A stretch of DNA of 64,000 nt, from the NCBI GenBank assembly GCA_965644295.1, contig CBFFRP010000143.1, positions 1-64,000 on the forward strand. The letters run 5' to 3'. Origin of the DNA: Paraphysomonas bandaiensis (taxonomy: Eukaryota; Protista; Chrysophyceae). Each line of letters opens with the position of its first letter. The stretch's first letter is position 1. Below are positions 30,801-38,840 of the stretch, in pieces. A program made the translations under genes and the position numbers. Below the pieces are notes generated by a model. The model was not told the origin of the DNA. It did no database searches and saw nothing but the letters and a program-made list of their open reading frames with translations.

Positions 30801-33410
30801 TAGGCCTTTGACTTCTTTTTCGGAGTACGCGATGTAAAATTTATTTCGCCAGTCCCTGTCCCAATCAGCAGTTTGGAGTTGTGGAAGTGGTCTGGTGGAC
30901 GGGGTGTTGATGGTACTTTGGTCAGTGGGATGTTCCGTCTGTGGATCACTGTCACTGTAATTGACGTCCTTTTTTGCCTTGCGGGCTGGCTGGCATCGGC
31001 TGGCTGATGCTTGACAAGAGTGTGGTCTCCCTTGGTTCTTCTTAGTGACTATGTGGGGTCCGGGGGCTCCGCTGTTTGTTGTTCTCTTTCTAGGTCTACT
31101 GACAAGGAGGTTCTGTGTTGTCCTTTGCCGTACCGTGACAGCTTTGTTTGTGGCGGGTACATTATTATATATGGTGCTGTCCGTCGGTAGGAGACTGGTT
31201 GCGAGTCTACTTTCAAGAGCGAGCAGTGCGTTGTCAAGGGCCGTGGCAAGTCCTGTGGGGTCCAGTAGAAAGTAATGCGCATCCTGCAGTATAACATGTG
31301 GATAATAGTCTGTGACAGCGTCTCTTAGTTCCTCCATCTTCCATGTGATATTGTATGTGTGTGCGTCTGTAGGTAGTCCCACTATGCTTAGAGTATTTCC
31401 ATTTTGTGCCCATGTCGTACATGGTAGGATAGTGGCGGCAAGCATATGGACCTCACGTACTGAAAGCCAATGGTTGATATCCTCTGCCGTAGTGTATGTT
31501 GTCTTGTTCGGGATACCAAGAGCCGTTTGGGCATGCACGAGCTTGTTCCGTATTGTTTGTATGGAATTCGTATCTTGGTGATCCCGATACAGCGCATGTA
31601 AGGCAGTGTGTCTTAGGTTCGTAAGGAAGGATGCAAGGGTAAGACGGTCTCTATGGTGCCTGAGGTCAAGTTTCGAGCAAGAGCGAGTTTGCCTCTCTTT
31701 GGCTGCAAGGACATGGATGTAATGAAGGGTGCTATATGCACAGTACCCGTCGCTTGGTATTTGTTGTTGTGTTCTAACCGCCGAGGGACTTAGGGTTAGA
31801 CAATACACCCTGCCCATGGCGCACATGAGTTGCCTGAGGTGGTTATGATCCTTGGGGGACCTTTGTGCAAGGTGGCGTCGGACTCTCGCGGAGAGAGAAA
31901 CATCAAGTATCTCGGCCTGTGTCGAGATGGTGTCTATCTGAAGGTGCCGTGGATCTGGGGGATCCTCAATCCTGACGCCTTCTTGTCTGGTACGCAGGTG
32001 CTGCAGTAAGTTGGAAATGCGTTGTTTGGTTCGTGCGAGAGCAGTGTTGAGTCGGTACTGGATACCAGGTATGCTAGTAGTGCCTGTCGTAGCAAGAACG
32101 TGAAACCCGTGTTGGCTTTGGACGATGTCGTGGGTTGTAACATCTTCCGTGGTGAGGTTCCTTGTAAGGGAGTGCCGGAAGAAAGGCGTTAGCTGCGCCC
32201 AGCCCGACACTAGATGTGGTTGATCAGCTTCCCATAACCTGTATGGTATAGATAGTAGGTCTAGTATTATTTGAAAATCCTGCACGTCCATATCCAGTTC
32301 GCTGTCTGGTTGATTTCTTTGAGAGTGTTCAAATTGTTGCAACCTCATCCGAAGTGATTTTGTGGAGGAAAGTGGTGCCCCTCTTGTCAGGCAGAGTGCT
32401 CTGATATGCTTGGAAATGTCGTGCGGGGACTCCACATTGGATTTGATGGAAGTCTGCAACTGCTGTGCTATTTGGAGCGCGCTGCACGTGGAACCCTTCG
32501 TATGTTCACATTTTGGAAATGTGGTCATAAAGATGTAGTTGTCTGCCCTGGAGAATTTGTCAATGAAGCTATCCCAATTTGCGATCCTAGTTGGGGTCAG
32601 CATTTGCGAGTGTATCTCCTGTACTAGTTCTGGCTGTGGAGCGACTGCTATGGTGTGGAAGTCATCGTATTCCACCCAGTTGTTCAGAACCGTAGAGTGG
32701 AATGGCATGAAATCCTGTCCCATAGCGTGTAGGATGGGGCCTGGGGAAGAACTCGTGTGAGCTGAGTCTGCTATGTCCGGTGCTGGTGGGTCGTCAGAAT
32801 TCAACGAGGGGGATGTGGGAGCAGGTGATCTCCATTTGACAGGGAAATAGTCAGTGAGGAGTGCACGCGGTGGTACAATTTCCTTAGCGTGTTTGGGTAC
32901 CTTATTCTTGGGGTGGTGTATCGGTCCGTCACCACTATTGTCAGAGGAATATGCCTTCCCTTGGCAGTTATGCGAAGGATGGGTACCTACCTGATTCTGG
33001 TGATGCCATTGAGCTTCATTAGATTGTTGTGGTAGTGCCTGGAGTATCCGTCCGCATACAAGTTCAGGGAGTCGGTCCAACAGCGTGTGGAGTTCCAGTT
33101 TTACTGGTAGCTTTGTATCTAGGAAGAAATGATCTTCCGAACAGAACACCTCATGAAATGGCCGTTCTTGCGTCTTGGGAATGAAGGCTGAGTGAAAGGT
33201 AGACCAGTACGCCCAGTTGTGCCCTAGGACTTCTGGTTCTTCCTGCCATACTCTGAGCCGTATGTTCAGGGTTTCTGCTAAGAAGGCAATGGTATCAGTA
33301 TGTCCCCATTTCTCTGTGGGTATTCCGATGGCAGTAGGTTTCTTCCTACGAAGTGCTCTGTGATATGTGGTGAGTAGTTGTTTGAGCTCCTTGCAAATGG
33401 CCACAATGTT
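24805..33410 (-). mobile_element. Non-LTR retrotransposon (LINE), 5'-truncated, 8.6 kb
   Basis: Single long ORF plus about 230 bp of 3' UTR ending in an A-rich tail; the frame stays open up to the junction at 33410. Confidence 0.95.
25038..33404 (-). CDS. LINE polyprotein: 3x OTU-like, SET, AP endonuclease, RT, RNase H, CCHC knuckle
   Basis: OTU-like DGYC..HYF (31265-31763); SET GLSLYAK..EYKG..GYIND..N..EEILINYG (30480-30845); APE TWNTNG, GDFN, RIDHI, DHRPV (29511-30323); RT APGPS, RPIGL, QHGYR, DFKKAFD, GITQG, FADD, YLG (27355-28380); RNase H TDGS, E, TDC, RSH, AD (26281-26772); CSDC..H..C (25780-25836). No ATG start; the ORF is truncated at 5'. Confidence 0.93.
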   Translation of the reverse strand: MAICKELKQLLTTYHRALRRKKPTAIGIPTEKWGHTDTIAFLAETLNIRLRVWQEEPEVLGHNWAYWSTFHSAFIPKTQERPFHEVFCSEDHFFLDTKLPVKLELHTLLDRLPELVCGRILQALPQQSNEAQWHHQNQVGTHPSHNCQGKAYSSDNSGDGPIHHPKNKVPKHAKEIVPPRALLTDYFPVKWRSPAPTSPSLNSDDPPAPDIADSAHTSSSPGPILHAMGQDFMPFHSTVLNNWVEYDDFHTIAVAPQPELVQEIHSQMLTPTRIANWDSFIDKFSRADNYIFMTTFPKCEHTKGSTCSALQIAQQLQTSIKSNVESPHDISKHIRALCLTRGAPLSSTKSLRMRLQQFEHSQRNQPDSELDMDVQDFQIILDLLSIPYRLWEADQPHLVSGWAQLTPFFRHSLTRNLTTEDVTTHDIVQSQHGFHVLATTGTTSIPGIQYRLNTALARTKQRISNLLQHLRTRQEGVRIEDPPDPRHLQIDTISTQAEILDVSLSARVRRHLAQRSPKDHNHLRQLMCAMGRVYCLTLSPSAVRTQQQIPSDGYCAYSTLHYIHVLAAKERQTRSCSKLDLRHHRDRLTLASFLTNLRHTALHALYRDHQDTNSIQTIRNKLVHAQTALGIPNKTTYTTAEDINHWLSVREVHMLAATILPCTTWAQNGNTLSIVGLPTDAHTYNITWKMEELRDAVTDYYPHVILQDAHYFLLDPTGLATALDNALLALESRLATSLLPTDSTIYNNVPATNKAVTVRQRTTQNLLVSRPRKRTTNSGAPGPHIVTKKNQGRPHSCQASASRCQPARKAKKDVNYSDSDPQTEHPTDQSTINTPSTRPLPQLQTADWDRDWRNKFYIAYSEKEVKGLSLYAKKNLEADTIIAEYKGDRIPTVETRTLTRRSDFIVQDSTGSFAIDGYNHDRQQVTCAAGYINDPLDTDMANVKFLTKNKRIYICTLRPISKDEEILINYGHEYWCHPRWPLEILIQAREGYARDIRGLSNDAWDRIIADKRGSTNEQQGNTPTDTGLRLSTWNTNGNPASFRSKLKAIIRHFNKQQLDILLLQVVRLTCTQARFFAQTVEDAIQGSRVCLFLNKTYKVTNRDPLMGGTAAIVSERWKRRLASTKADFTGLGLVGRLEFKTSPTQTLVIISVYLPPKPSTPGSCTLWSKLTTIGKATRNTKPVAPYDLLCNIITKWVTKARARGHTVIIAGDFNGSMETHTTNRDIRPLAGKLQLSAPLITQLLQRQAFHTFHRLDKGISRIDHILHTPLPQHMRITDTGCLNSPTLIAAAFDHRPVWVGFNITVTQDISSPESHLKIPPRLNINPRDPEEVKAYTAKLLMLHAQLPPIDTSLSPTLDPETAATRLAAIHHITLQATLTAKGPRYSRRTRLHDRCQRIRSHFKDGFSPEMRVIQEGMVMVIKIVQKMFNSAGYKRHGWRGSPLRNPIHALITAWQERGNSYLQNSTGPAKGIADINFRNDYRSADPRAILSWNAKQVTKKNLLHIVIRMRGLLHGRDRTEMRKRLTDRTNQMEALLEQRRLQAVLQKIGLKIKTPLRLTTVRTTDGTLLTTPQDIHEGINKHFRDHHAEPAGLDPVAQRLQDDPNWWKTLLDPQSVTSQEPLHPCSNIPLTLQHGLRRALCTKAKPEMADLLGKALEKDITHEEFYSTLHSISFNRAPGPSMVSSNMVKSWPPAIQQEAFTLIKSLWKHKHVPTWWRDRVMTPILKKPGEPSFSNLRPIGLLEISRKILTRIISHRILTVWEEQQILHPSQHGYRWRNGTDTAILRVLAASEAARRHNAQHICTLWDFKKAFDSITPNLMKLAWARLGVPDAVVEWFGELDAGGLTFPWTPFMANNMEPRSLAELLATDGHFLAQFVLGFEAVRGITQGGTESTCAWVALHDILLTWLDLDLRAICLTPSPLLLTPNSKKKVSFADDITTIDVSITQAQETAIRMSAFCSFSGMELSVPKVICTFFPHLRENLAQVKQTGHITLYDWYWRPQPVPIQTTHESIHYLGADLPLTPTDTDSYNWCTNYLKAAGTHLGIRHASAGCKVMVIETQIIPTLLYKATKASWPLQYYKNIDSTCANLYRKALSLSPGYPTELIYLSLRHNGLGMKRFSDSAQEQKWGSLQRAIILGGDAGDAAHFLLTQTIAPYPNYHHFALSLREWGTEVGLTLQQPDSPEPQDTNTLTNIIRTLELDDVTADTYQAIFTDGSYTPTALSPRRITHVNPRTRWAHYGGAAAVWLPPEDEWKNGTTKILRLETPFSDVPGLGPYAYELMGAAMALILSARLPSHIPINTDCKAVCIRTHEALSARRRALGHRAKGVLLESIAANNDCKRTVAWVRSHPERRTSDESEWTYEDKGIYIADAVAGGDWLEVDRLLGRQNYTVCNMEVDQAIERILTEGLWHWRLTGERRPYRTSPLLTDFQSLRNQRTLEAYTALRDQRYGHNPDRAPGYWKDSGALLPRKLAQADGGPSKDKVSSHLRQRVLNAALTWDKSFSIGRNRAKTKHGLDMAKAVCSDCGFRLDSLKHMCLDCTNDTITQIRESAFHSHKNALLEEMRNPELPQWTTTVLQRISSGAWNPSVPQVERFWTGTITMTQLEMVFGDHIHESLSSQGLRSIESAIIKLLLPLFAAAKLMIQDRGRRYVTLRKGPPRLLPRPSPNHRQKRKRPRVLRLLGIHRRTETGTPPTVPLNPTNHTQRTIATDRMKPTGPRQRRRRLRQLHLCPTPKRCMATPPHSTTPSTSQSTHLVLGTLRTLIQNPVPQSQAEPYPKGRPPDNTRQ

Positions 33411-34290
33411 GATTGGAGGACTCTCTCACTCGACCTGAGAAGGCGCAGCTCAAACGTTTTTTGTTGAACAGAACTGATGAAGAAGAGGAAAAAGAAGATG
33501 ATGGTGTCGACTCATTGGCGAGAAGACACCAAGCGCACCAAGAACAAAAGCGACTACGCACTACCAAAACAGCTAAGTACCGCTGCTTGAAGCATATTTA
33601 CTCTACTACTAATTGTGCAGAAAGGCTTTTCAGTAGAGCAAAAATTAACATGAGTGATCTGCGCAAATCTATGGCACCTCATCGATTAGAGGCCCTTATG
33701 TTCTTGCGCTTTAATGGATTTCTGTGGAATGCAAGTAAGGTTGAAGATGCTATACGTGCTTGTAATGAGTAACTAAGTTAATTAGACAATAATTGGCATA
33801 ATTAAATTGCAATTAATTGCAATAATTGCAATTATAATTGCGCAAGCTATAGCTAATAATAGCAATTTAATTGCAAAAAATAATTGTTATGCAGCCCTGG
33901 TTCTGCTATATAAGAGCAATTGAAAGCTGTAGTTATAAGGTATTTAAATTACAGTAGTATACATTTGCAGTCTTGTTAATCGTATTGCGAGAATGAACGA
34001 CGATAAGTATATAGTGGTAAAACGAAATATAGTGACGATGCAAGTTGTAGTGACGAAGTAAGATCGTATAAGAAATGAGTGGTAGTAAAAACAACATGAA
34101 ATTGAGGATTTATAAGAGATATGATTATAATTTATAATTCTCAGCATTGAGTATATTATGTCTACCTTCTGTTGTTAAGTTAATATTTCTCATGTCTCTT
34201 ATAATGTCAAACTTCGATACTCTCGTAGCGGTGAAATGTGTTACAGCTGTAGAGCGAACTATGTAGCTATGTAGTATCAGTATTTGACAT
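33411..34290. repeat. 880-bp direct repeat, right copy (includes duplicated hAT C-terminus and TIR)
   Basis: Identical by eye to 23925-24804; ORF 33413..33772 equals the C-terminal part of ORF 23720..24286. Confidence 0.95.
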
Positions 34291-34814
34291 TAGGATGGTT
34301 AAAACTTAAAAACTGAACGTTGAACTTACTTACTCCATATTAATAAAATATATACCCGGAATTATGATTTCCATAGTCACGGTTTCAACACCACTACGCG
34401 GGAGTTCTCAACGAATATATTCAAAAATTCAATCACACCACGAAACTCCTATGAAGGCTGTGTAAGATATATTTTGTTCTCTTAACTGCTGTACAAATGT
34501 CGGCATTGTTGAATAAAACTGTATACGTGGGCAATAACTGGTGAAACGTTATCAAAGCAATCAAGAAATATTAAGTTATATGATCGAATACTCGAAGTAT
34601 TAATACTGAGCTCTGTGCACCACTTGACATTTCAAGCTGGGCATACTTCTTTATATAATATTAAATGAGCTTATGTGACAGAGTACAACTCGAATACCAT
34701 AAGAGGCAAAGAATTATTGGTCATTTCTAGTCACATGCGTGTCAATAAAAAAATGCAGAGTAAATCTGAAGAATAATCTGCTTCAGCCGTTATTATCCCT
34801 GTGACCAGGGCTAT

Positions 34815-36301
34815 TTACGACATGCTGCTTCTGAGGTTGTGATGCATCGGTGGTACGACATTAGTTCGCCTTTTGACGGATGGAATAATGGCCGGAGTAC
34901 TCACACGCCTCGTTCGTCGTGGAACATTTCCGCGCAACACCGGAAGTTCGCCCCAATTGTCAGTAGTATTGCCCCGTATGCTCGTCTCAGTCTTCTGTGC
35001 ACCATCTTTATCTATAGAATGGCCTGATCGATTCATGTAGCTCACGGTACTGACACTCTTCTTGCGGTAGCGTCCGCCGTACTTATCCAACTCCTCCAGT
35101 GCTTGGGCAAATCGAGAGCTCTCTTCCAGTGCTAGGGCAGCCTTCCTTTTGTCCACCACCCTGCACACATCGCACACTTAGACAACCTATTAACATCATG
35201 ATGTACTCATACTTGGTAAACACATTCATCATCGACCGCTGGATGCGATTGTGAACGATCACTTTCTGAAATGCCCACAACCAGGCCCATTTGGCCTTAG
35301 AGTACTTATTCGGATTTATCGTGTCTTCGCATCCATAGACCCGCAAAGGCGTTGGGTCAGGTACCTCGGCGGCCTGTTGCTGGTAGCTAGCAGCACGGGC
35401 AGCCTGAATAGCAGAAATCATAGAATCTCTCCGAGCAGCCTCAGAGTAACCAGATGCTGCATCCAACCTCTGTTCTCTGTTGCCATCCCTGTATACAGAG
35501 GGTTACATTTTCATACACTCATTAAATCGCGCACGCTTACCCGAATAATTGTTTCGCTTCACTCTGATCACTGTGTGGTACATTCGTCTCCACAAGGTCC
35601 TGTGGTTTGGATTCATTTAGCGTTTCCGTTGACCTCTCCATTGCTAAGAAACAGTTACTCAAAAATATCAGCATGTGAATCCACTCACCATTGTATCTAG
35701 TGATCGTTAACTGCGGACCTTCCTTGGACGGGACTACATTCATTGCGTCCATAATATATTCGACAGCCGATGTTAGGCGTGCCCGTTCCACCAAATCTCT
35801 CCTTTGGGCAACCACAGCTCGATATTTACTGTTAAATTCTTTCTCGTTGAGTTCATATATCTTGTCTACAGGAACAAATAGACTAGGAAGAGGGCGATTT
35901 CCTTCAATGTCGTAAGCTTTAATCTCAAAATATCCAATTGATTCGTGGTGAAAGACGTTTATACTGGTGTTCAGATGCTGCTTCCAGAACACTTTTGGTC
36001 CATGGAACACTTCCTTTGGTCGACCCGGCTGCAAACCGACATTCTGAGAAGTAGAGTCGGCTGACTGCCGTATTGCTGGAATAGTAACATCCAGATCATC
36101 GCTGCTCGGCTTCCTAACCAGAGGAGTGACGATAGACGGGAGGGACGAGAGACCATCAACGCTCTTGGCTCTATTCCGTCTGATACCAGCCTTCAATTTC
36201 CCGATACAAGTGAGGTGGAGCCGCATCACAGAGAGCTGCTGCTGTGCTCGAGACACACTCGGATCGTCGTCGTTGTTGTGAATAGGAGGCAACAGTGACA
36301 T
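34815..36301 (-). CDS. Hypothetical protein, multi-exon
   Basis: ATG-initiated 254-aa ORF continued by ORFs 35083..35466 and 34815..35177 through GT-AG introns; no recognised domain. Confidence 0.7.
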
Positions 36302-37880
36302 AATCAGACACTACAGTCTTTCAAACACTAAATACACAGAGAAACAACACTGACGACTGCGCGCAGTGTCATCGTAAGGTTATGGATGGAGAAGTCGACT
36401 CACTGTTAGCTCACAGCAAACATACACACTGCTTGTGATGCTGTTCGACTGTAACTCTATACGTACCAGTTCTATACGTGGCATACATAATTACTGCACC
36501 ACACTACAGCACTGGAGCAGCACCACATTCTTTCCTAACTGACTGACTGGGGCTCTCTGATTGGTTACAGTGGGGACAACACGCATACAATCGGGGAAGA
36601 ATTTCATTGGGCACAGTTTTTGTTCACCCACCAAAATCAGGTCCAGTCTTACATGTTTTTATAGTCATTTTTAAAAAACATCAAAATCTACCTTTTTCAA
36701 CACCTCTGTGGTGAGGTTTTCACTGTAGGTTTTCATGTTGTCCCGAAATCTCATCAAAAACCCTACCTTTTTCGAAAAACTCTGTATTCATCAGCCATCA
36801 CAATGGCATCTGCTTCAGTGTCCAGTGACGTGGACGAGCCATGTACGTGCAACCCACCAGAGGAAGGAGATCCTGATGATTGCAAGTGAACGCTTTATCT
36901 CGATATTCAATAAGGAAGATAAGAAGCGCTTTGAAGAGGGAATGTTGATTTACTTGTAGACACTACAATGCGTGCTGCTCAATCCAGTCACTGATATGAT
37001 GACGATGTGAATGTGGACAACACTCTAGTGAATGAAGCTGCGTTATTGGCGTGGCTACTTGTTGCTCCTGAAGAGCAGTGGAGAGAGCTATACACCCTGA
37101 TGCTTCCAAAGAGTTGCCAAGAGAGCAGGAGCTGATATTCAACACCTCTTCGTCAATAAGAATATCGACATCGTTATTGGCATGTTTATAATATACCATA
37201 CCCTCCCGTTTTCTTCATGTAATCAATACACAGAGTATGTCGATTGGATCATACAGTAACTCTTAGATATTAATTGGTACTTATAACTCTATATTTCTCC
37301 ATAGTATTCCAAATTGGTGAACATACATTCCAAGCCAGTGGAATTTTTCCTGTCGTTTCCATGTTAATAATATACTTAACATTCTCGTAGACGTCACAGC
37401 ATTGGTTTTTGACCCGCTGTTTAGAGTGCACTCATATAGAGCAGGTTTAGAAATAGGATTTTCCCAAGTTTTTTTAAAGTAATTTCTTAAGAACAACTGG
37501 AGTGTCGGTGGATTGTTTTAGGCTATTTTTTATGTAATCTTATTTCACGTTTCTAATACATTTATATTAAGTCTATGGCAAGACCAAACCTTCCTGGTCA
37601 AATGGGGGTCACCTCGTCAAATGACTACTATTTTGCTAGGACTCCACTTTTAAGAGCGTAGAACTATCGTTAAGTGTATTGTTAAGTGTTTTTTATCTTT
37701 CTTATCCTCCTTTCTCTTTATAGGTCTTCGTGTAGGTATAGTGGTCCTCAAGAACATTCCCCGTACCCTCTTTTCCGCCCCTTCCACCTTTCTATAGTTC
37801 ATAATACACGCAATGCAGCCCATCATCGTAATAGCAGTTAGGTATCCTGTAGACTATATGCAATTAATTATAAACGTCTG

Positions 37881-38218
37881 ATTATTAGCAATAGGCGTGG
37901 AAGTGCCAGAACTAATGTAGCAAAACAATTTAACTAGCTACTTGTAGTACTAAACTCTGATATCCTACTATTTGGCGCTACGAAAGCTGCTTGTGCGTCA
38001 CCGCAAGCACCAAGGTGCAACTATTTTCGCTCTTTGTCCTTAAGGTGAACAGCCGGGATGCTTGACTTCAGCAAGCAACCCAGTGCCCCGGATACCCTTA
38101 AGGTGGGCCCATTCCGCGATTCCTGGATGCCTGTTTATTCGTCAAGACCCAAAGACGTCTACACAAATGACACTAATTAGTATCCCTTGTACCACCAAGA
38201 ATTTGGCTATGATTGGGC
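37881..38218 (-). mobile_element. SINE-like non-coding element, copy A, with LINE-derived 3' tail
   Basis: 3' ~140 bp matches the LINE 3' UTR; 5' ~190 bp matches copy B at 51085-51477; same 5' start GCCCA.TCATAGCCAAA. Confidence 0.8.
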
Positions 38219-38840
38219 TGAACGTTATTAGATGACTACATATATGTGGCTCACGTTAGTTCCCCAGAGATATCTCTCTGGTACTTATCCCCAGAACACC
38301 ACGAAACGGTGCGAGCCCGACTTTGTTGAGGGCACTAACATATTGACTTTTATGGAATGTTGACGAATTACTGAGTTGTTATATTTGAAGTTGGAGCAAA
38401 TGATTGTAATTATTAGATATTATAATGCTGTTACACTTAGCATTGTTATATTATTAGATTGTGGATTAGATTGTACTCTCATGTTCATTGTAGATCAACT
38501 AGGTAACTTGGTAATAAGTGTACTGCACCTTATATGCTGATTTACTGGTATAAGTAGGAGAGTCACATACAATTTCAAACGGAAGTAATAATTTTCTCGC
38601 TTACCGCTGTCAATTATTCTTCTCGCTTTGATATTTTATATTCACTGTGCAAATGGTAGCAAATGTATTGACTCGTCTCAATCAAAAGGCCGGCGGAGAG
38701 GTGAATAACATAATTATATCAAGGCTCACTTAGAAAATTTGACCTGTAAAATTGATGATTTGACAATAGCCTCATCCGCTTATTATAAAAGCTGTACCAA
38801 GAATCAAGAGTATATGAAACTGACATTTTAAAATCATTAT

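Noticed and set aside
25165-32760. Plus-strand ORFs overlapping the LINE ORF, and similar antisense ORFs over kinesin, CASC3 and the coiled-coil genes
   Set aside because: Shadow frames with no motifs
23925-34290. 880-bp repeats read as LTRs of an LTR or DIRS element
   Set aside because: The repeat is made of hAT transposase and flank, lacks TG..CA ends, and the enclosed ORF has APE and a non-LTR RT with no integrase or tyrosine recombinase
36560-37640. Degraded transposase-like relic (KFHWLGMYVHQFG) with repeated CTACCTTTTTC and GTCAAATG words
   Set aside because: Too decayed; termini and family cannot be supported
38170-38218. Genuine tRNA, 5S or 7SL gene at the SINE head
   Set aside because: No cloverleaf, B box or SRP motifs recognisable
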